This document shows positions 1 to 8,081 of a stretch of DNA of 39,024 nucleotides, piece by piece. A program made the translations under genes and the position numbers. Source of the stretch: an uncultured Verrucomicrobiota bacterium (GTDB lineage: Bacteria; Verrucomicrobiota; Kiritimatiellia; CAZCOO01); the NCBI GenBank assembly GCA_964500395.1, contig CAZCOO010000005.1, positions 1 through 39,024 on the forward strand. The letters run 5' to 3'. The notes under the pieces are model-generated. The model was given only the letters and a program-made list of their open reading frames with translations. It searched no databases and was not told the DNA's origin. The first letter of the stretch is position 1, and every line of letters begins with the position of its first letter.

Positions 1-745
1 GTCTCTGAATATAGTCGTCCAGCTCTCCCGTCAACACGGCGATATTTTTCGGCGTCCCGTTGCGAAGTCTCCCCCGGCCTGGCGCCATAAAGGCCTCTGT
101 GGCGATATAATCGGCATCCACGAGGCATGAGAACATCATCCTGGCAAAAAAAGACAAGCGGAAGGAAGCGTGGGACGGCGACTCCGGGTCTACCAGCGGA
201 GGAAACTCCGGCAACAACATGTCCGACAGCACTGCCGGCGCATGGTCTGTCGGAAAGACGTGTTTCAGCAGGCGTTGTTTCAACCCTGACTGGGTGTATC
301 CGTCATTGTAGTCCGGCAATCCAGCATGATGACCGGCAATCAGATAAGCAAACAGTTGTCCAAAAGGGCTTTGTTCTTGGATGCACTGAGCCCCCGCGGT
401 TGCGTGATCGACTTTTCCATGCATTTCCAGTGTATGGCTATCCTCATCGGAAGCCTGTTTCAGATATGCCTGGAACTCTTCGGAAAATTTCCCCAGATCA
501 TGAAGCAGCCCAATTGCGCGGGCCCATTTTCCCGAGAGTTGGGAGAGGGTGCCACCGGCGGGGAACATCGCTTTGGCGTACTTTTCACAAAGATGCGCAA
601 CCTTGTTCAAATGCCCGTGTTGGGCTTTCAGATTTTCGCAGGCCTGGCATTCACGTGCACAAGAATGGGAATACAGTGGTTCCCATTCGGAAAGCGGAGC
701 GGGTGTACCATCCGGGGATGTTTTGGAGTGGGCATAGAAAGTCAT
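1..745 (-). CDS. cas3: CRISPR-associated Cas3, N-terminal HD nuclease domain (gene starts at 745 and continues off the left edge)
   Basis: Not in the supplied ORF track because it has no stop in the window. My minus-strand translation from ATG 745..743 stays open for 248 codons: MTFYAHSKTSPDG..HLNKVAHLCEKYAKAM..AIGLLHDLGKFSEEFQAYL..HGKVDHATAGAQ..YLIAGHHAGLPDY..FFARMMFSCLVDADYIATEAF. The YAHS start and the LHDLGK, VDH, GHH and DAD..TE motifs are the Cas3 HD signature. GC is clearly lower than in the rest of the window. Confidence 0.85.
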   Translation of the reverse strand, partial: MTFYAHSKTSPDGTPAPLSEWEPLYSHSCARECQACENLKAQHGHLNKVAHLCEKYAKAMFPAGGTLSQLSGKWARAIGLLHDLGKFSEEFQAYLKQASDEDSHTLEMHGKVDHATAGAQCIQEQSPFGQLFAYLIAGHHAGLPDYNDGYTQSGLKQRLLKHVFPTDHAPAVLSDMLLPEFPPLVDPESPSHASFRLSFFARMMFSCLVDADYIATEAFMAPGRGRLRNGTPKNIAVLTGELDDYIQR

Positions 746-999
746 CGCTGCCCACGCTTTGTTCCAGGATGCTGCATGTCTTCTCTCTAGGGCATGACCA
801 TCCTTTACATCAACAAAAACTCTCCCGCGAACCGAGGGCTGCTGATTCCCAAGGCGACACAGGAACTTCTGCCATTATTTCATTACACGTTATCGTGCAA
901 ACGATTACGACAGCCCGCGAACCCGGACAGTATTACGTTACCGTTATCACAGTTTTTTATGCGCTATCGTTTCGGGTTATGCACGTGACGTTGCCGGAT
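746..999. promoter_or_regulatory. AT-rich non-coding region upstream of cas3; could also be a CRISPR leader for the repeat at 1000
   Basis: About 250 nt with no convincing ORF, the lowest GC in the window, and a T6 run at 953-958. Short motifs recur: ATTAC at 882, 904 and 932; CGTTATC at 888 and 942; CCCGCGAACC at 824 and 914. The cas3 promoter must lie here. Confidence 0.45.
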
Positions 1000-1028
1000 C
1001 TTCTCCCCACGCCCGTGGGGATGGTCTT
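1000..1028 (+). repeat. Solitary CRISPR-like repeat (type I-E-family shape): CTTCTCCCCACGCCCGTGGGGATGGTCTT
   Basis: This 29-nt unit has a CCCCACG/CGTGGGG stem followed by a GGGGATGG tail. That is the architecture of I-E repeats as I recall them (E. coli ..CCCCGCGCCAGCGGGGATAAACCG; Thermus GTAGTCCCCACGCGTGTGGGGATGGACCG). Only one copy is present. No second copy lies about 61 nt to either side. It overlaps the gloB stop codon by 1 nt. Confidence 0.4.
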
Positions 1029-1798
1029 TAGAACCGGTCCTTTCGCCGGCGGAGTTCGGCGAAGACGTCGGCGGCGGGGGCATCGGGCATGGCGAGGGCC
1101 TCGCGGACGGCGGGGTGGTCGGCGAGGAGGAAGATGTTGGTTTCTTTTTCCTGTCCGATGGTACTGGGGACGGTGGGCCGCCCCTCCCGCAGTTCCTTCA
1201 GCAGGTGCTCCCGGCGGTGGTGCAGCGGGGCGTAGCCGGGCAGAATGGAGGCGGCGAAGGCGTAGTTCTCTTCGGTGTATTCGTGCCCGCAATACACGAG
1301 CGTGTCCTCCGGCAGGGCGGCGAGTTTCCGGAGGGAGTGCCACATCTGCTGCGGGGTTCCTTCAAACAGGCGTCCGCACCCGCCGACAAAGAGTGCGTCC
1401 CCACTGAAGAGCACCGGGGGCCCGCCGCCGGGCGGCTCGTCGATGATGTAGCTGCAGTCGGCCGATCCGTGACCCGGCGTCTCCACTGCCCGGAGGTGGA
1501 GGCCGCCGCAGGCAAAGGGATCCTCTTCCCCGATCCGGACGGTGCTGCACGGAATCCGGTCATCGCGCGGGGCGACGACGGGGACGTCCCACGCCTGCAG
1601 CAGTTCGGGGACGCCGGCCATGTGGTCGCCATGATGGTGCGTAATGAGGATCCCGCACAGCGATTGTCCGCGGGCCTCCAGCCACTCCCGGACCGGCCTC
1701 GATGCACCGGGATCGACAGCGAGAACCCCGCCCTGCGGGCAGGGTGCGAGGTAGATGTAATTGTCCGTGCGGGCGGGCAGGATTGCGATATCGGTCAT
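1028..1798 (-). CDS. gloB: Hydroxyacylglutathione hydrolase (glyoxalase II), MBL fold
   Basis: [17 protein letters not shown].., the ITHHHGDHMAG metal motif, TPGHGS, and CGHEYT with the C-terminal HAGH-type tail. I place the start at the internal ATG 1798, which forms an ATGA overlap with the upstream gene's stop. The 33-aa N-terminal extension in the ORF track looks like read-through. Confidence 0.9.
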   Translation of the reverse strand: MTDIAILPARTDNYIYLAPCPQGGVLAVDPGASRPVREWLEARGQSLCGILITHHHGDHMAGVPELLQAWDVPVVAPRDDRIPCSTVRIGEEDPFACGGLHLRAVETPGHGSADCSYIIDEPPGGGPPVLFSGDALFVGGCGRLFEGTPQQMWHSLRKLAALPEDTLVYCGHEYTEENYAFAASILPGYAPLHHRREHLLKELREGRPTVPSTIGQEKETNIFLLADHPAVREALAMPDAPAADVFAELRRRKDRF

Positions 1799-2907
1799 GA
1801 CGGGTCTCCCGGGGTGAGGTGCAGGTCTTCGTACAGGGCTTGCAAGATTGCATGGATACGGCGCTGGTGCCGGGGCTCGCCCGGCATCCCGTTGCACACG
1901 ACCGCTCCGGCCAGGCCGTGCCCGGGATCGAGGAATCCGACGGAGGACTGCACCCCTCCGTGGCCGAACGTGTCGGGGCTGCAGTGCGGCCCGTAGCCGT
2001 AGGGCACGAGGCCCCGGCCGAGGTGTTTGTTGTCGGGCAGGAACCCGTAGCCCCAGTCGAGCGGGCAGCCAAAGGTTTCATCCCGCAAGCCAACCCGTTG
2101 CCGGGCCCTGTACCGGCGCACGGTGTCGGCCGAGATCACGGCGTCATCGACTCCCGCCAGGACGTCCCGCACCCGATCGTACAGCCGTCCCAGAAGCCGG
2201 GCCGGACCGCCCGCGCTGCTGCCGGGCCACACCCGGCTCCACCGCCCGGGGCCCGGCGCCGCCTGTGCCGGCCGGATGCCTTCGACCCCGGCTTCAAACA
2301 GTTCCCCCACCCCGCCGGTCTCTTGTCCGTCGACGGAAAACCGGATCTCTTCCAGTCCCCACGGCGACAGGACGAGATCCCGCACGGCGTCTTCGAAGGG
2401 TTGACCGGTCACCCGCTGCAGGATCTCTCCCAGGGCCAGCCAGGTTCCCTGGGCCTGGTAGGCGGCCCGCTCGCCCGGCGTCCAATCCGGCTCGAGTGGA
2501 GCGGTCTCGATCGCGGAGGCCGCCTCCGGCCAGGACTCGGACCTGAGCAACCGGTCTTCGACGGAATGAAACCCCGCCGTGTGAGCCAGGAGGTGGGCCA
2601 ACGAAATGGCGCCTTTCCCCTTTTGCCCGAACGCGGGCCAGTAGCGCTGAACGGGATCGCCGGGGGAGAGTTCGCCGCGCTCGTCCAGGGCGGCGATGGC
2701 GAGGGCGGTGATCGGTTTGCCGGCGGACATCCACGGAAGGGGGGTCTCCACATCCATCGGCTGCCCGGGGCGGACCTCACCCTCGGCATGATCGAGCACG
2801 GGGCCGCCCGGGGTTGAGAGGTAGACCTGGGCGCCCAGGTGCAGGCCCTTCTCCCGGCCTTGCCGCAAGGCGGCCCGCGTCCGCGGCATGGCGCCGGAGT
2901 CGCTCAT
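1795..2907 (-). CDS. Serine hydrolase, beta-lactamase/esterase (class C-like, transpeptidase fold) family
   Basis: An SxxK motif ([10 protein letters not shown]) and the family-typical [11 protein letters not shown]. The start at ATG 2907 makes an ATGA overlap with the macro-domain gene's stop at 2904. The ORF-track version (to 3267) runs through the upstream gene. Confidence 0.75.
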   Translation of the reverse strand: MSDSGAMPRTRAALRQGREKGLHLGAQVYLSTPGGPVLDHAEGEVRPGQPMDVETPLPWMSAGKPITALAIAALDERGELSPGDPVQRYWPAFGQKGKGAISLAHLLAHTAGFHSVEDRLLRSESWPEAASAIETAPLEPDWTPGERAAYQAQGTWLALGEILQRVTGQPFEDAVRDLVLSPWGLEEIRFSVDGQETGGVGELFEAGVEGIRPAQAAPGPGRWSRVWPGSSAGGPARLLGRLYDRVRDVLAGVDDAVISADTVRRYRARQRVGLRDETFGCPLDWGYGFLPDNKHLGRGLVPYGYGPHCSPDTFGHGGVQSSVGFLDPGHGLAGAVVCNGMPGEPRHQRRIHAILQALYEDLHLTPGDPS

Positions 2908-3416
2908 GGTGAGAGGCGTTCGCGATAGAGGGAGGCCGTTTCCGCATCGAAGCAGACAAACCGGACCTGCTCCGGCCGTTCGTGCCCGGCCAGCCAGTCT
3001 CGCGTCTCGCGCAGGGCAATCTCCGCGGCGCGCGCTTTCGGGAACCCGTACACGCCGGTGCTGATGGCGGGGAACGAGATCCGGCCGATTCCATATTCTT
3101 CCGCCAGGCGGAGGCAGTGGCGATAGCATTGGGCCAGGGCGTCCTCTTCTCCATGCTGCCCGTCCTGCCAGACCGGCCCCACCGTATGGATTACATACCG
3201 GGCCGGCAGACGGTGGCCGCCGGTGATCCGGGCTTCGCCGGTGGGGCAGCCGTTGAGGCCCCGGCATTCCTCCAGGAGTTCCGGCCCGGCGGCGCGATGG
3301 ATGGCGCCGTCCACGCCGCCGCCGCCGAGGAGGGTGCGGTTGGCGGCATTGACGATGGCGTCGACGTCTTCGCGGGTGATGTCCCCCTCTATGATCTCGA
3401 TTCTGGATTCGCTCAT
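2904..3416 (-). CDS. Macro-domain protein (O-acetyl-ADP-ribose deacetylase / ADP-ribose-binding, YmdB-like)
   Basis: [63 protein letters not shown] is a canonical macro-domain signature. I prefer the ATG at 3416; an alternative GTG lies at 3461. Confidence 0.85.
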   Translation of the reverse strand: MSESRIEIIEGDITREDVDAIVNAANRTLLGGGGVDGAIHRAAGPELLEECRGLNGCPTGEARITGGHRLPARYVIHTVGPVWQDGQHGEEDALAQCYRHCLRLAEEYGIGRISFPAISTGVYGFPKARAAEIALRETRDWLAGHERPEQVRFVCFDAETASLYRERLSP

Positions 3417-3520
3417 AGTCCTACTCTCATCGGGTTGCAGGGTGTTCGTCCACTCAACCACAGGGTGTGCGGACGGCGCAAGGGGGAGTGCGGGGCGATG
3501 AGCGGATGCCGGGAGGACCC

Positions 3521-3901
3521 TCAGGCGAGGCGCTGCAGGAGGTCGTGGAAGCGGGGGTCCGTCCGCAGGGACCGGAGGTCCTCGTCGGCCTTCATCCAGC
3601 GGGCATCGCGGTAGCCCTTGTCGAGGGCCGTGTGCAGGGCGTCAAAGGCTTCATCCGCGCACTCGGCGAGGGCGAGGCTGCAGCCGAGATTGTACCAGAC
3701 CCCGGGCTCGTCCGGGCAGAGGCCGGCGAGTCTCCGGTCGAGCGCGAGTCCCTCTGTAATGCGATCGTGGGCGGTGTAGAGTTCCGCGAGCGCCTTGAGG
3801 GTCCGCACGTCCCGCGGCCGGCGCTTGAGGATGGCCTCCAGGAACTGCATTTCACACGCATCGGGATCCGCATGCGTTTGTTGGATCTGTTCGGGCTCCA
3901 T
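3521..3901 (-). CDS. Small TPR-repeat protein
   Basis: 126 aa with TPR-like helices ([64 protein letters not shown]). It sits 13 nt downstream of the OMP gene. Confidence 0.6.
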   Translation of the reverse strand: MEPEQIQQTHADPDACEMQFLEAILKRRPRDVRTLKALAELYTAHDRITEGLALDRRLAGLCPDEPGVWYNLGCSLALAECADEAFDALHTALDKGYRDARWMKADEDLRSLRTDPRFHDLLQRLA

Positions 3902-3914
3902 AACGCTTCCCCTC

Positions 3915-4790
3915 TCACCAGTCTACCCGCCAGCCGAATTCGAGTCCGGCGCGTTGCAACTCGTTCTCGGGCCATTCTATATCGACGATGGGGAAAAAGG
4001 GAATCCCGCTTTCACGTGTGGTCTCCCCTCCATCGAGCGACTGATCACTGAACCAGGCCCCGATCCAGAAGGTGTGGGCCGTTTGGGGGGACCAGCCGAG
4101 GCGGATCGAGCCCTCAAGGATCTCGCCGCCGTCGCCGTCGACTTCGCCGAAGGCGCTGTTGTCGGCATGGCTGTACACCACGGCGCCGTACTGGAGGCGC
4201 CCGCCGAGCTGTACATCCGGCGTCAACCGGACCTGCAGCCGGGCGGCCGGGCCCACGGCGAGGATCCGGACGTCTTCGGTCACGCCGCCGGCGAGTCGCT
4301 CTTCTTCGGGGATCAGGACAAAGTCACTCCGGTCGTAGCGTTGAAAGGAGGCCATCCCGGCCAGGGCGGGGGTAAGCTGCATGCGGTCCCCGTGCAGGAG
4401 TGGATATCCGATTTCGCCCTGGAGACGCACCCCGCTGATAAACATGTCGTTTTCCTGGACGAGGCGTCCGGACTCGGTCCAGCGCTCGGTTGTCTCTTCG
4501 CTGATCCATCCCTCAGCGGTGGCGGCCAGGCGCAGCCCCGCGTTGAGCCTCCAGCCGACCCTCCCCCGGATGCCGAGGGTATCGGCTTCCCAGTCGGAGT
4601 CGGTCGGCGACAGGCTGACCTCCTCGGTGTATTCCGCGGAGCCGAATCGCGAGGACAGCTCCAGCGAGCCGCGCGGCCCGGGATCGGGCGGGGCGTCTCC
4701 CCGGGCCTCGGCCCGGGGGATCCCGCAGACCAGGAGCGCGGCGGCGACAACCCGCGCGCGCCCCGACCGGTTACTCCACGGACAGGCCAC
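3915..4790 (-). CDS. Hypothetical outer-membrane beta-barrel protein with signal peptide
   Basis: GTG start. The N-terminal hydrophobic leader is RARVVAAALLVCGIPRAEA. Alternating amphipathic strands rich in G/R/W/Y end in ..GLEFGWRVDW, an aromatic terminal residue typical of OMPs. The start codon directly abuts the gltA stop codon (0-nt spacer). Confidence 0.55.
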   Translation of the reverse strand: MACPWSNRSGRARVVAAALLVCGIPRAEARGDAPPDPGPRGSLELSSRFGSAEYTEEVSLSPTDSDWEADTLGIRGRVGWRLNAGLRLAATAEGWISEETTERWTESGRLVQENDMFISGVRLQGEIGYPLLHGDRMQLTPALAGMASFQRYDRSDFVLIPEEERLAGGVTEDVRILAVGPAARLQVRLTPDVQLGGRLQYGAVVYSHADNSAFGEVDGDGGEILEGSIRLGWSPQTAHTFWIGAWFSDQSLDGGETTRESGIPFFPIVDIEWPENELQRAGLEFGWRVDW

Positions 4791-6101
4791 TCAGCGGCTG
4801 ACCTGCTTGGAGACGAGTTCCTGCGGGATTTCGCCCTGCACATTGGGTCCCACATACACCTGGCGCGGGCGGCCGATGCGGGCCTCGCTGCTGTTGCGCT
4901 GCTCCAGCCAGTGGGCAATCCAGCCCGGGAGCCGGCCGATGGCAAACAGGACGGGGAACATCTTTACGGGGAAGCCCATGGCCCGGTAGGTGATGCCGGT
5001 GTAGTAGTCCACATTGGGATAGAGGTTGCGCTCCTTGAAGTAGTCGTCGTTGAGCGCCGCCTCCTCGAGTTCCATGGCGATATCCAGGAGCGGATCTTTG
5101 GTCCCGAGGGTTTCCAGGACTTCTTTGCAGGACTGTTTGGCGATCTTGGCCCGCGGGTCGTACGCCTTGTATACGCGGTGTCCGAAGCCCATCAGCCGGA
5201 ATCCGCTCTCTTTATTCTTGGCCATCTCCACGACTTTCTGCACGGGGATGTTTTCGTCGTGGATCTGCTGGAGCATCTCCACCACCTTCTGGTTCGCGCC
5301 GCCGTGGAGCGGACCCCAGAGCGCGCTGATGCCCGCGGAGATGGAGGCGTAGAGGTTGGCTCCGGAGCTGCCCACCATGCGCACCACCGAGGTGGAGCAA
5401 TTCTGCTCGTGATCGGCGTGGAGGATCAGCAGCTTGTTCAGGGCCGTGACATGGGTCGGGTCCAGCTCGTATCCGTTGACCGGCGAGTAGAACATCATGT
5501 TGAGAATGTTTTCACAGAAGTTCAGCCGGTACTGCGGGTAGACGTAGGGTTCGCCGACCGACACCTTGTGGGCATAGGCCGCCAGGGTGCGGACCTTGGA
5601 CATCAGCCGCGTGACCGTGATGTCCATCTGCTCGTCGGAGCACTCCAGTTCCGGATAGAAACTGTTCAGGGACTGCACCGTAGCCGACAGGATGGCCATG
5701 GGGTGGGCCCGTTCCGGGAACCGGTGGAAGAAGGTCCGCATGCCTTCGTGAATCATTGCGTGCTCATTGAGCAGTTGCGTGTAATTGCGGGCCTCGTCGT
5801 CGGTGGGGAGCTTGTTGTGGATCAGCAGGTAGGCGACGCGCTTGAAGCTGAGCTTGTCGGCCAGCTCACCGATCGCGTAGCCGCGGTGGCGCAGCGTCCC
5901 CTCTTCCCCGTTGATGAAGGTGATGCCGCTTTCGCAGGAGCCCGTGTTTACGTAGCCGGGATCGAGCGTAATAAACCCGGTATCGCTGCGGAGCTTGCGA
6001 ATGTCGATGGCGCGCTCGCCCTCGGTCCCCTCCAGGATATCCATGGTATAGGTTTTATCATCGTACTCCAGCTTTGCCTGTCCGATTACTTTAGCGTTCA
6101 T
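4791..6101 (-). CDS. gltA: Citrate synthase (type II)
   Basis: MNAKVIGQAKLEYDDKTYTMDILEGTEGERAIDIRKL.. and the signature MGFGHRVYKAYDPRA. The start is the internal ATG at 6101; the ORF-track N-terminal extension is unsupported. Confidence 0.93.
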   Translation of the reverse strand: MNAKVIGQAKLEYDDKTYTMDILEGTEGERAIDIRKLRSDTGFITLDPGYVNTGSCESGITFINGEEGTLRHRGYAIGELADKLSFKRVAYLLIHNKLPTDDEARNYTQLLNEHAMIHEGMRTFFHRFPERAHPMAILSATVQSLNSFYPELECSDEQMDITVTRLMSKVRTLAAYAHKVSVGEPYVYPQYRLNFCENILNMMFYSPVNGYELDPTHVTALNKLLILHADHEQNCSTSVVRMVGSSGANLYASISAGISALWGPLHGGANQKVVEMLQQIHDENIPVQKVVEMAKNKESGFRLMGFGHRVYKAYDPRAKIAKQSCKEVLETLGTKDPLLDIAMELEEAALNDDYFKERNLYPNVDYYTGITYRAMGFPVKMFPVLFAIGRLPGWIAHWLEQRNSSEARIGRPRQVYVGPNVQGEIPQELVSKQVSR

Positions 6102-6350
6102 ATGTCTGCCATCCTGAGGTTGGAGGTTTCCAGTTTCCTTGAAGAACGCGGGTCCTTGCGCAGACCCTCCGCCAAATTCATGTGGGGGTTCTGATTCGCG
6201 CGTTGGGACGACCAACCCCCGGGGGCCGCCGACCGGCTTGGATGCCGACAGATGCCCGGACGGGTACTTCGGGTTCGGAATAGTAGGCCTTTTCCGCGCC
6301 GCTGTCCAATAAGATCAGCACGTCCGGACGCGCCGGTCCGCCCCGGGGCA

Positions 6351-8069
6351 TCAGCCCTCCGCGGGGCGCAGGGCCGCGAGGCGAAGCTGCAGCGAGCGAC
6401 GGCCGCGGAACTCATTCATCTCCGGGTAAACCGCTACATCTAATGGGGACGGGGGTATTTCGACGTCTTTCATGCCGAATCCAATGGCCGACCACTGCTG
6501 TCCGCCGTAGCCGAGCTGCAGCTTGAGGTGCCGATTGCCGACGATCCGGGGCTGCCCGATCACCCGCACCCCGCGGACGGCCCACAATGGTTGCGGGTTT
6601 TCCTGTCCGAAGGGGCGCAGCACATCGAGGTGGGCGACGAGGGCCTCGTCGATCTCGCCGGGCTCCAGCCACCCGTCGAGTTCGAGCTGTGGAATGAGGT
6701 CCTCCTCCCGAAGCTGCTGCCGCACGCACTCGTCAAACCGTTCACGGAAATCGTCCACCCGCCCGGCTTCGATGGAGAGCCCGGCGGCCTGCTGGTGCCC
6801 GCCGTGGGCTGCGAGCAGATCGTCGCAATCCCGGAGGGACTCTGCGAGGTCGAAGCCCGGGATGCTCCGCCCGGATCCCCGTCCCGACTCCCCATCGAGA
6901 GCGATGACAATGCAGGGGCGGTAAAACCGGCGCACCAGCCGGGACGCCACGATCCCGACCACCCCCGGATGCCAGGTATCGGATGCGACGACAATCCCGT
7001 GGAGATCGCCCTGCGTCTGCCGGTCGAGCACCATGGCCTCCGCCTCGCGCAGAATCGACGCTTCGATCGCCTGCCGGTCGCGATTGGCCGCATCGAGTTC
7101 CCGGGCGAGCTCCTCCGGAGTGCGATCGCCGTCGCCGGTCAGGAGGTGCAGGGCATCCATGGCCGTTTCCAGCCGGCCGGCCGCATTGAGCCGCGGGCCG
7201 AGAAAGAAGCCCACATGCTTTTCATCGAGGGGCGGTTTCACGCCGGCCGCCCGGGCCAGCGCCTCGATGCCGGGCGCGGGTCGCCGGTTGAGCCGCTCGA
7301 GCCCGGCCCGGGCCAGGATCCGGTTTTCCCCTGTGAGCGGGACCATGTCGGCGATGGTGCCCAGGGCGACGAGGTCCAGAGAGTCCCGCAGGTCGAACCC
7401 GGGCGGGGGCTCGCCCCCCCGGTCCCGCAGGTCCTTCACCAGGGCGTAGGCGAGTTTAAAGGCGACGCCGACACCCGCGAGATTGCGGAATTCGGCGTCG
7501 TCGCCGAGCTTGGGATTGACCACGGCGGCGGCCGGGGCGACCTCCTCGGCCGGTTCATGGTGATCGGTGATGACCACGTCCACCCCCTGGGCCGCGGCCC
7601 GGCGGACCGAGGCCACGCTGTTGGTGCCGCAATCGACGGTGACGATCAAGTGGGGGGCGTGATCGGCGAGGCAGCGGTCGAGGGCATCGGCCCCCAGGCC
7701 GTAGCCCTCGTCGAGCCGGTTGGGGATAAAGGGCGTGACGTCCCCGCCCAGGGCCTGCAACACCCGGCTCAACAGAGCGGTGGCGGTCACCCCGTCGACA
7801 TCGTAGTCGCCGAACACCACCACGCGCCGGCCGTCGTCGAGGGCCGCACGGATCCGCGCCACCGCCGGGGCCATATCCGGAAGGAGAAACGGATCGCGAA
7901 TTCCGCTCAACCGGGGGGCGAGGAAGCGGTCGAGGGTTTCGGGCCGGTCCACCTCCCGCAGCACCAGGGCCCGGGCGACCGCCCGCGGCACCCCGCAGGC
8001 CGCCGCGAGCTCGGTCACCCGCCCCTCGTCACAGGGGCGGATGATCCATCTGGGAGCGGGCCCGGCCAC
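6351..8069 (-). CDS. recJ: Single-stranded-DNA-specific exonuclease RecJ
   Basis: DHH-family motifs VVVFGDYDVDGVTATALL, VTVDCGT, VITDHH and the DHHA1 motif GGHQQAAG. GTG start at 8069. Confidence 0.9.
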   Translation of the reverse strand: MAGPAPRWIIRPCDEGRVTELAAACGVPRAVARALVLREVDRPETLDRFLAPRLSGIRDPFLLPDMAPAVARIRAALDDGRRVVVFGDYDVDGVTATALLSRVLQALGGDVTPFIPNRLDEGYGLGADALDRCLADHAPHLIVTVDCGTNSVASVRRAAAQGVDVVITDHHEPAEEVAPAAAVVNPKLGDDAEFRNLAGVGVAFKLAYALVKDLRDRGGEPPPGFDLRDSLDLVALGTIADMVPLTGENRILARAGLERLNRRPAPGIEALARAAGVKPPLDEKHVGFFLGPRLNAAGRLETAMDALHLLTGDGDRTPEELARELDAANRDRQAIEASILREAEAMVLDRQTQGDLHGIVVASDTWHPGVVGIVASRLVRRFYRPCIVIALDGESGRGSGRSIPGFDLAESLRDCDDLLAAHGGHQQAAGLSIEAGRVDDFRERFDECVRQQLREEDLIPQLELDGWLEPGEIDEALVAHLDVLRPFGQENPQPLWAVRGVRVIGQPRIVGNRHLKLQLGYGGQQWSAIGFGMKDVEIPPSPLDVAVYPEMNEFRGRRSLQLRLAALRPAEG

Positions 8070-8081
8070 CGAATCGCCGGA

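Noticed and set aside
1005-1020. The CCCCACG-N-CGTGGGG hairpin read as a rho-independent terminator of gloB.
   Set aside because: On the minus strand the stem is followed by AGAAGATCCGG with no U-tract, so it is not a canonical intrinsic terminator. I kept this as the alternative explanation in the finding rather than annotating it.
939-1089. A real CRISPR array around the repeat at 1000..1028.
   Set aside because: I looked about 61 nt to either side (939-967 and 1061-1089), and elsewhere in the window, for a second copy of CCCCACGCCCGTGGGG. I found none, so only a solitary repeat can be claimed.
127-1407. 426-aa plus-strand ORF spanning the cas3 region, the AT-rich spacer and the gloB 3' end. 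Also the nested ORFs 326..790 and 794..988.
   Set aside because: It crosses a clear non-coding AT-rich region. It runs antisense to two genes with strong motifs (cas3 HD, gloB). Its sequence includes an RRRRRR run and Arg/Pro-rich junk, with no domain signature.
1795-3267. N-terminal extensions of several ORF-track entries: 1795..3267, 1028..1897, 4791..6215, 24555..27467, 33690..34490, 11012..12211 and 31453..32793.
   Set aside because: The extensions overlap the upstream gene or consist of Arg/Pro-rich junk. Internal ATGs give N-termini that match the families and often form ATGA overlaps with the preceding stop.
6102-6350. tRNA or small RNA in the 249-nt recJ-gltA spacer (GGGTTCGGAAT resembles a T-loop). 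Also a third copy of the palindromic element (CGGCTTGG at about 6233).
   Set aside because: No acceptor or anticodon stems can be built around the T-loop-like string. The match to the repeat element is only 8 nt.
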